NCBI RefSeq assembly: GCF_009914755.1
Contig: NC_060926.1
Source of the DNA: the human T2T-CHM13v2.0 reference genome, Homo sapiens
Length of the DNA: 64,000 nucleotides
Strand: one strand, 5' to 3'
Position 1 is the stretch's first letter, and each line of letters begins with the position of its first letter. Below the pieces are notes generated by a model. It made no database searches and was not told where the DNA came from. It worked only from the letters and a program-made list of their open reading frames with translations. Positions 30,953-44,406 of this stretch are shown piece after piece. The position numbers were made by a program, and so were the translations under genes.

Positions 30953-32439
30953 CACTTGACTAAAGATCTGAAGTCCCAGTGTCATATCCCCTTCTCTTCT
31001 GCCTCCCCCAAGTAACCAGTGGTCGTTTTAGGATTGGTCCCGAAATCCGGAGTTCCTCTCCTACTGGTTTAGTATGCATTTGGTTTTACAAGTGGGCCCC
31101 TTGATTAGTTCCACTTGCACAAATGAAAGTTTACATTGTAACCAGGGATAGGACCCACTGAGCCCCCACTGCAGGCTGGGCTTTGTACTAAGTGCTTCAC
31201 ATACAATATCTCAGTCCTTGAGCTGGACTAGATGGCTATGAAGTCTTCACTCTTTCTACAACCAACACTGCCTCCACTCTCCCAGCCTGTTTCTTCACCT
31301 GCAAATGAGATCACACAGAGGTAGACCCAATGATCCCTCAGATCCCTCCAAAAATAAGATTTATGAAATTTCCAAGGTTCAACTCTCCACAAAAATATCT
31401 GTTATAATAGAAAATCTAGATCGCTAAATGCAATGCAAAAGCAGAGAACAGTCAACCTACCTATTGCAGCTATTACTGAACGTTACTGTAACATTCGGTG
31501 GCTCAGTGACGAGGCAGCTGGCCTTTCTGAACCGATACCAGCAGCTCTACCACTGGGATATCCCTGGTGCAAACTGGGAGGTGCAGACAGGACACAGGGC
31601 AGGCGCCCTCCACAGGCCCAGGGTTGGCATGGCGACGCCTGGGACCATCTTCACTCCATTCTTCTCTTCTGTTTCGCTCGATTATCGCTGTGTGAGATCC
31701 TGCCCCAGAAGGACAGAGCAATCCTGAGGGTGAGGCCTGATGTCGGGGGAGAACAAGCCAGTCTTTGTCAGGTCCCTCAAGGGGACGAGGCCAGCCTGCC
31801 TCAGGCTGCACACAGAAGAGGCCTGTGCTCACTTGGCCGTAGAGTGGTGGCCTGCTCTGTCCTTCACGGTGGGAACCCGCCACTTGAACATTCTACATCT
31901 CCCTCCTCCTGACTCCAGGGCTGGGCAAAGTGGAGGGATCTGCTCCTGGGGCCTGCAGGCATTTGCACTGAAAAGGCTTCAAGTAGAACTTACTGCTCAC
32001 ACTAGCACCAAAAACTCTTTGTTGAACAATTCCTCTCTCCCCTTGGCTGGTTTCCCACTATCCCATTCACAATGACATCCTTCCCTACGTCACCCTTTGT
32101 CAACTCTCCAGCCTTCCCTGGCTCCCCCGGGCTCCTGCTTCCACACTGACTCCAGGCCTCTCACTCCCTCTGAGAGGACTCCTCGCTCAGAGGACCTTCC
32201 TGCCTCTGGAATCCTAAGACCTTTCCTTGGTTGTCTGAAGGGCACAGATGGTGTCACACACTAGGGATGTCTGCCGGGTGTTCATCCTGATATCCGTCAG
32301 GATGCTGGCCTCGGCTTTGCAACTCAATCATCCAGGAGATGCTTCATAAATGGTCAGCAAGTGTTTGAACCTACGTTGTATGGCAGACACTTGCTTCTAA
32401 TAGAAAATTCAACCGAGGCTTTAAGTCAAAATAAAAATT

Positions 32440-32645
32440 GCTAACAATCACAGAGTCCTTACAGTGCCCCAGGCACTTTTCCAAATGCTTGCCTGTATTA
32501 ACTCAGGTAGTGATCCCAGAACCCTTACAAGGTTGGTGCTATTAGTCTTCTCATTTTAGAGATGAGGAAACTGTCCTATGAAGAGGTTTGAAAACTTGCC
32601 CAAGAGCATCTGGCTCCAGAGCCTGGGCTCTTAACTGCAGCACTA
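32440..32645 (-). mobile_element. MIR (approximate)
   Basis: cattttagagatgaggaaactg..acttgcccaag..ctggctccagagcc. Confidence 0.65.
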
Positions 32646-34967
32646 CAAAGGATTATATCAAGACCACAATTAAAGCAAATCTTACCTGAAGCCCACTCAC
32701 ATGTACAGTATTTGTTTTATGGGGGTCCTGAAACTAGCTACATGTGCCTCTGCAAATGTCATCAAGTTTCTAGGCTCCTTGTATTACACATTACAGCAAC
32801 TGAAGACAGTTGATAGATGGCTGTTCCCCTTCTTCCTTGATTTGCAGCATAGTCAAGCCTTCGGGTCTGGAGACAGGAAAGAGCTGAGGTAAGAGAAATG
32901 AGGCCCTAAGAGGAGCACAGATGACCAAGTGGGGTCCTTAGAGGAAACACTGGCCAAGTTGGTTTCAGCAGTCACGATTCTTCATAACTCCTCTGCCAGT
33001 GTGCACCTGGCCCCAACCCCCGGACTCTGCCTACTACCGGGTCAGTGCAGTCTCCATCCTGGGGCCAGTGTGCTGCCAGCTTACAGCTCCAAACAGAGAA
33101 AGGTAGGCTTGCCATCAGGCCTAGGCCAAAACCCCCTGCCAAGCCGGTTCTCCTAGATTCCAACCCAAAGCAGGAACAAAGACAGGGCTGGAAGAAGGAG
33201 AGAGAACTGAAACCAAGGAACTGAACATTGTAGCTGTGCCAGAGCTCTCAGCACAGGGCTGGTAGCTGCCTCATTAAGGCCTGCAGCCAGGAGGGTAGGG
33301 TACACACTGAGCCCCTTTCACTCTGTGAGCCAGATCAGCTGTTGTCTGTTGAGGGCTGACAGAGGCCTTGCCTGCTACGAAGAGGTGAGAGGTAATTTAT
33401 CTCCCTCCAGCGGGGCTTCCTGTTGGTGGTGATTTAAGTGCAAACTCCACACCAGGGTCCTGCCAGGCCATGTGGGATTCAACAGCCCTCAAGGACTCTT
33501 TTGGGAGTTGGGTATCTTAAAGACAAGTTCAGAGATGGAAGAAGCTGCATGATCAAGCCCAATTCCCTCATAGTTACGATGAAGGGAGGAGGGCTGACCA
33601 AGGTTAACTGGTGACTCAGTGGCAGTTTGGATTAGAATCCAAGTTAACCCCAGATATCATGGTCACTTTCTGGTTTTCTCCCTCTCTCCCTCTTTATTTA
33701 TTTTTAAATCTGCATCCTTGTTGTACCAAGAAAGTGCCACAGAGGGGCAGCACTGTGGGGTTTTGAAGGAGAAAGGAACTCTTTCCAGCTGGGCTATCAA
33801 GTCAGGCTTCCTTGGCGAGGTAGTCTTTGGTGTGGATTCTGAGGACAAGGAGGACTACAGAGCCCAGGCCAGGATGAGAGTGTGCTCGAAACTGCCTCAG
33901 TGCAGGAGCAGGGGCAAGAGGATGCTGCCTCTAAAAAGAACATTGCCCCTTTCTCTCTTCACTCCCTCTTCCCAGCATCTTCTCTTTCTTTCTCTTTTTA
34001 AACAATCCTTTTGAATTTCTCCTGATATAAAAGGGAATGCTCACTCCCCCTGGGTGCAGCCAGGGTTTTGGAGAGAATGGGGTCAGAGAAAGCACTTGTT
34101 GAGGTCTACTTCTCCTTAGAGGAAGAAGAGAAGAACCCCAGGTCATATGTCTTGTCCCCAGCCCAGCCCATTAGGAAGAACAAATAGGGCCCCTAAGAAC
34201 AAGAAACCAGACAGCCCTGGCTGTAAGGAGGGCAAGTGATTCTAAATGCATTTTGGTAAAGAGCATGTGACAGAGCTGCCCTTGTCTCCAAAAGACTCCA
34301 TCAGAGCAAAGCACCCACCCCAAAGCCCCTCGCTGTTGAGATGTTTATGCCAACTAGAACTGAGGCATGGTTAGGTTTAGAGATGATTCTGTAAGGAGGG
34401 ATGGCTGCCCAGTCTCTAGAAGTAGAACCAGCTTCCTTATAAGGTGGTGAGTTCACCATCCCTGAAAGCATGTGAGCGGACCCCCGAAGGGAAAGATGTA
34501 GCTTTCCGAGGGCTTCTAGACATATGCTGCTCTGACCTCACTGCTTGCCCGGTCCTGCATTTTGGAGTCCAGGTGAGATTCAAGTCCAAACACAATGCTT
34601 AGTTTCATAATTTCCTCCTTGGTCTGCCTGAAGCCCCATAGGCTTGTGGAGAGGGTGATACACAGCATGAACAGTGAAAGAGGGGACAATTAGACAAGAG
34701 TTTGGATCCTGATGTCCTCACAGCTGTGGGCTTTGGCCAAGCCATTTCCTCCCTGAGCTTCAGTCTCATCTTCTGTACCTGGTCCCAGGCTACCTCCTGG
34801 AGCTTGTGAACATCCAGTACCACGAAGTGCAGAGATCTTGGCACAACTGGGGAAGTGTGCAGGTGAAAGATTAAGTCTAGCCCATCCATTCATCTTGCAG
34901 CCAGCAGGGGTGATAGGAGGTCAACTGCACCATGCTCTGAGCTAGGTTCTAGAATAAATTCTACATA

Positions 34968-35112
34968 ATGTACACATATATACATACACACATATATACC
35001 CATATATACACACACGTAGGTACATGCATATGTACATACACACGTACATAAAACCCTCTGTGTGTGTGTGCATATATAGATATAGATATATATACACACA
35101 CACATATACATA
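34968..35112. repeat. Mixed TA/CA/TG low-complexity tract
   Basis: Alternating purine-pyrimidine runs; (TG)6 and (CA)5 arms flank a TA-rich centre. Confidence 0.85.
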
Positions 35113-37329
35113 TTCTACCCCAAGAGTTCCACCCCAAGAGTTCCAAAGGGAAGGTAGCAGGGGAAATACAGTTTTCACTTAGAAGAAGCAGACTCAGGTC
35201 TCTGTAAAGCTGCATTTTACCACCAGAGAGCTATGGTGTAATCCATGCTGTTAAATCAGCGTTTCTGGATGATGAAGATGAATTCCTCCTCCTTTCTACT
35301 TCTTTTCTTGGTCCCCTTACCCTATTCTGCTCACTAACACCTCCATAGGGTCAGAGAAAAGATCAATTCAAATTAGTCAATTTGCTTCTTTTTAGTCGCT
35401 GTTGGGAACAAAGTGGGAGGATGAGGAGGTGGCTACTAATGGATTTTTGAAAAGCAGAGTTGAGGCATTATCTGAGCATGATGAGCAGGCTGGCTATTTC
35501 CTCCTCACCCATGACAGAGAAATGAATGTTGGCCCTTATTTATAGAGTGCAGTTCTGTACCTGAGCATCTCTCTTCCAGCTCGCAACTCCTACTCATCCT
35601 TCAATGCCCAAATCATATGGCTCCTTTTGGAGCCTTCCCTGACTTTCCTGGGCAGAGAACACATTTCATCCTCTGCATCCACATCACTTTGTTCATGTCT
35701 GGGTTCTTGTCTGCCATCTGCTTCTCTGTTGGCTGCTTTTGTCTTTGTCACGTGATTAGAAACTCCTTGAGGTGCTGACCTTGTCTGATTTGTCCTGATG
35801 TTCACGGCCCAACACAGGGTGTGACCATTGGTAGATACTCAGATATTACCTGTTTAATGAGTGCGTAATTTCTAAAAGAACACTCTGACTTTAGTATTCA
35901 GTGGAGAGAGGGTTAAGGAATGGATATTACTCATTCATTTTCTGATGGGAAGAAAATGTAACAAGACCTAAATCCCATCATTTCTACTAGAATAGTTTAA
36001 GTTTTTGCCAGCCAGTTCTAAGAGAAACAAAACTTATGTTCTAACCATTTCACAGCTATCTGTGTACTAAGACTGGGCATGAAATGACAAGTTTAGCATT
36101 CACTGCAGCATCAATGGTGGGAAGGGACATTGTATGCATCTGCTACCCACAGCCATCTCATTCAGTTGATCTGTGTGAACTTATTTTACAGCCAAGGAAA
36201 CTATAATCTTATAATAATATATGAAAGAGGTATAAAATAAGCATTTTAAGGAACCAGGGTTTCAAATAAAATTAGGCTCTTTGCCTCTTAAAACTCCAAT
36301 CCTAATAACTCATCCATTTTTGCTTAAAAACTGTGAGCAGTTCTAAGCTGTCCTCAAAACAGACTCAAACCACTTAGCTTGGTCTGAAAAATCCCTGATT
36401 CATACCCTCACCTCCCTCTCTAAGTGAGTCCCTTGGTCTCTCAGACTCACCTCTCCACATTCCACAGTCTCAGGAGGGAGGTGAAGGTGCACAGGATTCC
36501 CCGAGGCACAGTCCTTGCCTATGTGTCTCCATCTCCCGGCCTGGAAATTCCTAACACCCTTCCCTGAAGCATCTTAACCTCCTTGCTTGGTTCCTGCCTG
36601 GCTACATCTCATCTCCAGGACTGAGTGCAGACAACCTGCTCCCAAGAAGCTTCCATGGTTCCACCCCTCAATCTGGGTCAGGGACTCCTCCTCTGAGCTC
36701 CCCAAGCACCCATTCCTAATGCAACACTGATCAAAGTGTGTTGTCTAGCCATTAGTGCGTCTCCTGGTAAAACCAGAAGCAACTCAACTGCAGGGGCTGA
36801 CCTAGTCCTCATTTATCCCCAGTGCCTGGTACAGCACTCACATAGAAGAGGCACTCATATATCTGCTGAATGAATGATCCTCCTTCTACCCTGAAGGCGA
36901 GAAAGACCAATAGTCTATCATGTAAGTAAATTCCAAGAGAACAGGTAAAAGTGACCTGTGGGAGGTTCCAGTGGAAAATTCCTACTCTAGCAAATTGACT
37001 CTATGATGATCAAATTAAGACAACTGTTTACATCAACCTACTTTATCGATGCAACTTCCCCAAGAAACCTTGATAGCACCAGGCCATGGAGTCCTAAGAA
37101 TGGGGCCCAGACTCATTAATCTACAGAGTCCCAGTAGCTAGGGCCCAGTAAAGATTTTTGAATGAATGACTAACACTGCATTGGGAAAGAGCTCTGGGGA
37201 AGAGAAAGGAAGGGTAGAAGAATCTCCAGAAAAGCCAGCCAGAACATAAACACCCAAGTCCTTTCTGCCCTCGCTTCATTCCACAGGCTCCTCATTCCTT
37301 CTGCTCCAATCCTACTGGTCACTCGAGAT

Positions 37330-37745
37330 TGGGTAAAGCCCAAGTGCATTCCCCGATCAGAGATTTAGTTCTGGCTCTTCCTTCTAGCCTTGCTCCCTCA
37401 CTTTCTCCAGATGCTGCCCAAATAATGCCTTATCCAGAGGTGTTCCCTGGCACTGTATATAAAACAGTAATGTCCATTTCCCTCAACTCTCTAGCTCTCT
37501 GACTTAGCTTTATTTTTTTCTGCTTTATTTTTTTCATAGCACCTAATACTACCAGATGTAATACATACATGTTTGCTACTTGTTGATGATCCCTTGATCC
37601 TACTTGAATGCAAGCTCCTTGAGAACAGGAACTTGGTTTTGTTCTGTCCTGTATCCCTAGCACCAAGATAGTGCGAGCCACCCACTGCATGGTTCATGTT
37701 CCATGAACATCTATTGACTGAATGGATGACTGGGTGAATGACTGC
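37330..37745 (+). mobile_element. L2 3' end (approximate)
   Basis: gaatg.aagctcc.tgag..cagg..ttgttc..ctgtatccctagcacc..tgactgaatggatga. Confidence 0.7.
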
Positions 37746-39560
37746 CTTAGAAAAGCTAACAGGCAAGGAAGAAAGCCCTGAATGAGCATGTGCTTGGACC
37801 CTGACTGTCTTGCTGAGTGCCAGGCCAGGATACCGGCCCCAAATCAATTGACCCTTACTCTTGGTCTTGGATGTAGGCTAGTCTGAAGGGAAAAAGCCAC
37901 CGGGAGGGAATTAGTTTTCAGCTAATACCTCATGGGACAAAGGGCTAGGAAAGTAGTAGTTCTAACTTTGGGTATGGCAGAGAAAACCTTCCAATGGCCA
38001 GGCTGGAGAGGCAATCTGGCTAAAGTCCGGGTGAGAAAAGGCTTCTATGGATGAAGAGCTCTGAAATAAAAAGGCTGTTAACAGTTTCTCTCCTTTTTAA
38101 ATCGTTGGGGCTTAACAGTATTTGTGGACAAGGCCTGTCCTAGATTTTAGGCACAAGGCTCAAATGAAATCCAGATATGGGATCAAAGCTATATTTAAGT
38201 AGCTCTAAAAAAGGGTAGGTAGGGAAAGGAGCTGGTATTTGCTGAGGTCTCCTGTAACAAGAAACCATGCTCATGCGTGATCTCACTTAATCCTCAACAC
38301 CAGCTTATAACATGGAGTGTACTATCCCTACCTTACAGGTGGGGAAACAGAAGCTTGGGGATTTAAAATGGTGATTTAAGCAAAATCACTGAGCCAACAC
38401 AGAGCACAGCTGAGATCTGAAGTCATGTGTGTCTAAGTCGCAAAACTGTTCTCCTTCCTCTGAATTATGCTATAGCTCAGAAACCACTCTAGAGAAAGAA
38501 ACCACAAGAGGAAGAAAGGAAGCAGGCATGAGATAAACATGTTCCCCAAAGAATAAGAGTCTGGCATAAGAAACAAGTCTGGGATAAGACAATCCTGGGA
38601 ATGCAAAACAAGCTTTAGATATCACCTGGTCTTACCTTCTGTCCTGTGCTTAGCTTCGTGAAATGCTTCTGGTTTTAGTTTTTCAGAAAAGTCAAGGTAT
38701 CTAGCTGAAAAAGAGCTTCAAGACAGGATAGCAGAAGATAACACCAAAAACTAGTGCAAGAGTGAAGATGTGTGGCCATCTCAGTGTGTTGGCATTTTTT
38801 TCATGACTCCTGACCATGATTCCTTACACTGGGCCTGCGTAAGAGAGATGTGTTAATATACCACAATCCAGGCAGCTGAACGCTTGACCAAACTTTAGTC
38901 ATCTAGGAGGAATGTCAGCCTACATCAGGTGCAACTCCAATGAAGACATTCTAGTAGATGTGGCCACATTCCTTGCACATAAGAAGGAAAGGATCCATAA
39001 GTGACTGGGAGGAGGGGAGAGAGACGAGCAATAAGCAGACAGAGACATTGCGTTGGTGGTCAGGAAAGCGGGTGATGAGAATGGTTAGCTGCAGCCTGTC
39101 TGCTGTAAGCGCTCTTGGATGAAACTTCATGAACTGAATTTGTTTCTAAAGATGTTGTAGCAGGTGGGATGCAAGTCCGTTCTCTGACATGGGATCTAAA
39201 TTCCATCTCAGATTGGCTACCAAAGGACCTCTCCTCCTACTGTCTAAATCTAGTTGGCTAGCATGGGCAGAAAGGAACACTAAATGATTCTGCAAGGAAA
39301 AAGGAACCTAGATCTACAGCTCGACTCTGTTCTTCCCCTGCATGTAATTCTCAGCTACCCTCTTTCATTCCTTAACCCTCAAAAGCCTCAAGATAGCACA
39401 GATCCCACTCAGAATACAGCTATAGAACCCAGAGCCTTGAACCTTTTCCTTAATAGTTTCATGTCTTTCATAACATAAGCATGCATACGACATACTTCCT
39501 GCAGTATAATGATGGTTATCAGTGTGCTACACGTTATAACGAAAGTCAATTGTTTCTTAC

Positions 39561-39716
39561 CTGGAAATATCTCCTGTGATTCAGTTTCACCAATCCAGGC
39601 TGATGGGATGAACCAGCTTAGCTGCTGTCTGGCCAAAGTAAGTTGGACTTCCCAAATCAGGACGGTGGCCTCCTAGAGTCCTGTAGCTTTTCTGTCCTTA
39701 AGATGGTGGTACCCTG
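39561..39716 (-). other. CYRIA: Probable CYRIA non-coding 5'UTR exon (156 nt, or 153 nt from the distal NAGNAG acceptor)
   Basis: Strong donor TTCCAG|gtaaga at 39561/39560 and acceptor cattccctttttag|cag|GGT at 39717/39714. No ATG inside the exon and no recognisable repeat origin. Position fits my recollection of a non-coding exon roughly 36 kb upstream of the start exon. Confidence 0.75.
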
Positions 39717-42700
39717 CTAAAAAGGGAATGCAAGTCATGTTACTGTAAGAAGAAATTTCCTATTCTCCACTAGTCACAATGGATTTTTTAAGGAGAGCAG
39801 AGAGTCACAAGATCACAGATTATCAGGCCTGAAGGACATCTAAGAGATAGTCTTGTCTAATTCTTTCATTTTATAATTAGGGGATTGAGGCTCACAGAAG
39901 AAAGCAGCCTCACTCAGGGACTCAGCAGTTTGGGAGTTGAATCCACATTGGAACATGTCTCTGACTCTCTGGCCTTTGACATATTTTTTAAATGCAGCCA
40001 CATGGTCAGGCTGACTTCTCAAACAAGTGGTCATTGACCTTGAATGGGAAGTCTTTTTATTTTTTATTTTTTGTTTAACACATTTTGAAAAAGGGAGGTG
40101 GCACTTTTTCCAGATTGCTGTTTTTGTAGTTTCACCCCTGGGAGCTAAATTAGTAAAACAGCCCACCTCAGGCATGTGGTTGGGATGGTTCTCCCTGTTT
40201 CTCATTAGAAAAATATTGTTATAAAATACCATGACCCATGAACACAGTGACACAGTGGGGAGTGAGCACTGCTCTTCAGTGAGAAGCATATGTGGGCCCA
40301 GGTCTCTCTCTCTCTCTCTCTTTCTGTCCACGTTTCAGAGAAACACAGCAACAGACATGAACTCTTTTTCCATGAGTATCATTTATTGCAGGGTTTTTTT
40401 CCTGGCTCCTGTGCATTTGAATGGCCACTCCTTTGTGCAGAAAACCAAATCATAGAAAATAGAGGGGAGCTTTCACTTATTAAGCAAATATCTGTCAGGC
40501 ATACCATGAGAATTGTATAAATATACTTTCTTATTAATTTGTCCTCAAAAAATCCCAGTGAGATACCATTAATTCCATTTTTCCAAAGAGGTAGGAAACC
40601 AATCTTTCAAGAGCTAGGATGATCTACAGAGTCAAAAAGAGATACAATGCAGAAGCAGAAATAAACTCATGTCTCCTAAATCTACTTTTTGCTATCTAAA
40701 CTGAACTATATAGTTTGTTACTAGGGCAAACACTAGAGTTGTCTGTTTTTTCCAATGTTTCAGCTCAAATGCATGAGACAGTTCTTTAAAGCTGAAATTG
40801 TGGTAAGGGCATGAAAGATTATTTTTATTAGATTCTCTTTCTGATGGGGGTGGGGGATGGTGGTGGGCTTGTGGGGGAAGTAGGGGTCTAAAGTCCAAGA
40901 CTTCCTGCCAGGCTCCCAGCTGGGGCTCCCAGGCCCCCAGAGGCTGGGCTGGTTCTGGCTCTCAGCAGCAGGGGCAGCAGCAAGAGGGCACCTCAGGAAG
41001 TCACAATTATCAACGCTCCCTGGCTCAAGGCTTTGTTCCTGTTCTCAGACAACAAGGGACATGCCAGGAGAGATGGGGTGGGGGTGGAGAAAGAGGAAGA
41101 AAAAACAGGAAGTGAAGTGGGGGAGGAGGGAAGGAAATGATAGAGAAAACACAGCAACTCTGAAATGTCCTTGGCTTGATGAGAAAGTGATTTCTGAGTG
41201 GACGTTAGTGGAGCTGGGCCCTGCATTTTAGGAAACCGGATTGTGATGGTAACAGGGCAGGGCAAAGACGTTTACTTCCTCCAAACTCAGGGTTGGGGTC
41301 CACAAATTCCACTTCCCACCACCAAGCACCGCCTGGCACAGGGATGTTTTCCACACCTCAGGTGTAGACATGGAAGGTGGTGAATTTCCAAAGAAGGATT
41401 CTGGGGTAAGGCCCTGTTCCTCACCTTTTGACTGTGGCTGAGGGGCCAGGCGTGTCACAAAAGGATCTGGAAACAAGAGAAAAGCTCTCAAAGTGATCAG
41501 GTATCAGGGAGAGCTATCCCATCCTCACTGCTTTTTTTTTTTTTCTCAAATGTCCTCAGAATTGAACCCATTTTCAGTGTGCATGACTGGGATGGATTCA
41601 CTCAGCTGGGTTCAGCACAAATGCTGCTATTTTCCACCACAAAACCAAGAGGGTCAGTCAGGCGGAACACCGGGTTTCCTCCTGATCATCATTCTAAGAC
41701 ACCTCCTGCTTGTCTTCCTGTCCATTTTGTTGACTCCATTTACTTACTGAGGCTTACAGAAATTCCCCAACTCCAAATGCACATTGTAAAGAATGACAGT
41801 CACCTGGTAACTTGAACAACCACACACAGAGATGACCCTAATAATAACTTAATAACCGAATACCACTTCTACTAATGCTAATACTATTCATAGACCCCTG
41901 ATGGGCACCAAGGGGTAGAGAATGCAGAGCCCGTAAGCCATCACATACTGGTTCCCCTACTCCAGCGGGCCCCCTGTACTGGCTACGCATCTAAGAAGCT
42001 CACAAAAAATACAGACCCAATCCAGAGCAGCGGTCAGGAAACTTGTACGGTTAAAAATCTTCTGAGAGGGTTTTAGTGCCACCAACTTGGCTCTGATCCA
42101 TGGACTAGCATTCAGTTAACACGGACCCCCACTCAGCTCTCACCCTCACCCCACCTTCTCCCACCTTACAGATGCAACCACAAAGGCTCGCCAAGGGCAG
42201 GGGCTCACTCCAGGTCCCACAGCTAATGGCCTCCCAGGGATCTGCCCCACTACTCCAAACCAAACATAGAACAACAAAAAGTCAGCATATGTTTGAGAGG
42301 ACTCCAAGCCTTCTGAAGCAATTGCTGATGGTTTACTGTGTGAGTCACCCCGGGGCCAAGTGTCCATTAGGGAGAACAGAGAGCAAGGGGGGAAAGAAAC
42401 TGAAAACTCTCATCTCGCATCTCCACAGGCAGCACAACCTCACATATCACCAGCAACACCAGCATGCATTTGCTCCCATCCAAGCAGCCACAGGCGGCCC
42501 AGGCTACTTCCACAGTGCTATGCCCTGTGCCTGGCCTGGTGGGGCTTCACACCACACAACACAATCAGGAGTTTGCCCTTCTGTAGCACCTGGCAGCCAG
42601 TGAAATGCTTTTCCATATCTTTTCATCTTTGCTCATTTTGAGAGCGGTACAAAGCTGAGGGGTAATCACCCCAGTTTATAAATGGAGAAGCCGAAATCAG

Positions 42701-43109
42701 AGACAGGAGGTGCCTTATCCAGAGTCTCAAAACAGAACTAGGGCCCGAAATAGGCATCTCCTGTCTTCCAGTCTAGCGACCTTTCCCCATGTCCTGTCCC
42801 GCCCCACCCCATTCAGGGGAGGGCTAGGGAAGAGCTTCAAACGGCTGCTGCCTTCCCCTTCTGAATGGCTCTGGAAATAGAAAAGCAAGGCACAACAACT
42901 GAAGGGAAGGCAATATCCACTACGGGAGGCCGAAAGGGCCCCAAAGACTGTGTCCCCACCCTCCGGGGTGGGCAATCAAGGGACCCAAAGCCCAGGGTGG
43001 GGCATGCTTGTGCCCACAGTTCACCAGCAGCAGAGCTTAGACTGAGTCCCTCAATGCCAGAAGCACAGAGCAACACTGAGAAACCAGAAGGGGCAGGTGT
43101 TTGGATAAT

Positions 43110-43340
43110 AAAAATAGCTAACACTGATCAAGTACTTACTGTGTGTTGGGCTTTGTTTAGCACTGTACATGTAGTGACTCCCTGAAACCTCATGGCAACC
43201 AAACTAGGTAGGCATTATTATTGTCCCCTTTTACAGAAGAGGTAACTGAGGCACAAAATGATTAAGTCACTTGTCCATGGGATTTAGCTTTTGAGTGATA
43301 GAGTCAAGGTGTGAACTTAAGCAGTCTGGCTCAAATTCTG
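43110..43340 (-). mobile_element. MIR (approximate)
   Basis: ggtagg.attattatt..ttttacaga.gagg.aactgaggcaca..aagtcacttgtcca. Confidence 0.7.
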
Positions 43341-44272
43341 CAAAGCCAAATAGTGGAAAGAAAGAGAATAAAGCAAATACACTAGGAACAGATGACACTT
43401 TCCTTCAAAAGGAGAGAAGGAAGATAGGAGACTCTCCAGGCAGGAAAGACTGACAGCTGCTGTGCAGGCAGAATTAGGAATTTGGTACCTAGTGCCCTCT
43501 GGGTAGCAGCCGACCAATGTCAGGCAACACCAGTAAATGACATCCTGGTGTTGGTGTTTATACAGCATGGCTGGGCCAGGGAGGGGATGAAGGCAGGGCC
43601 TGAGATGGGTGGAGGGGATGATGCCTTGGAAAGCCAATTCCTATGTCCCAGAGAGATGGAGCAGCTGGGCGGGCAGGCAGGCGGTTCCCTTTCTGCATCC
43701 CCAGCACCAGCAGTGCACACATGCCCGGGACACCAGGCTTCGGGGATGCCACTGGGTTTCAGCCTCATGATGCCTGGGAAGCCAGGAAAGACAGGGGTCA
43801 TCTCTCACCATTTCTACAATGAAGAGCTAAAGCCAAAAACAGTCACAGCCCTAGAATAATAACAACAACAACAACAGCCACCATTTGTTGGCAGGTTATG
43901 ATTTGTCAGGAAATATTCTAGATGTGTATATAGATTATGTAAAAATGATACCAACTCTGAGAGGTCCATATGATTATTCTTAATTTGCAGTTGAGGAAAG
44001 CTAAGTAATTCTATAAAGGTCAAAGCTAGCAGGCTATGAGAAAGGATCTGAACCACCATTTATCGGACTGTGAGGCCCCTGATCTCACCTCAAAGCCGTG
44101 TGTGCTGTGAAATGGTTAAGTGACTTACCCACAACTGTGCAGCTGTGCTAACCCACAGCCAGCTTCTGGGCTGTCAGAGCACATGGGCACAGGCGTTTAC
44201 TTCCACATACTCCCTACGCTACACATCCACACTAAGTGCTGCTAACCACTTTTATATACACAGTCATACAGT

Positions 44273-44406
44273 TGGGGTGATTTAATGGTTTATCATCCAA
44301 ACGAGGATACCTCTGAGAGTGAAAGGGGGCCCTTTTAATAATATTGCTGGGACAACAGGCAGACACCAGGACTGTCCTAGTCATGTAAGAACATGCAGTC
44401 ACCCGA
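44273..44406. mobile_element. MER94-like hAT-Blackjack fossil
   Basis: gggtga / tcaccc termini and tttatc.tccaaac..gagagtgaaaggggg..gggacaacagg core; 134 bp. Confidence 0.7.

Noticed and set aside
31428-32075. Overlapping 99-159 aa ORFs
   Set aside because: No recognisable domain; explained by locally higher GC content.
35117-35144. 14-bp tandem duplication accccaagagttcc x2
   Set aside because: Ordinary slippage duplication with no sign of function.
33735-35235. CTCF-like strings (ccacagaggggcag, ccaccagagagct)
   Set aside because: Mismatches in core positions; cannot be supported without PWM scoring or ChIP data.
39840-40331. 163-aa ORF, the longest outside the L1
   Set aside because: Non-ATG start, runs through a (CT)n tract and a MIR-like segment, and shows no protein similarity I recognise.
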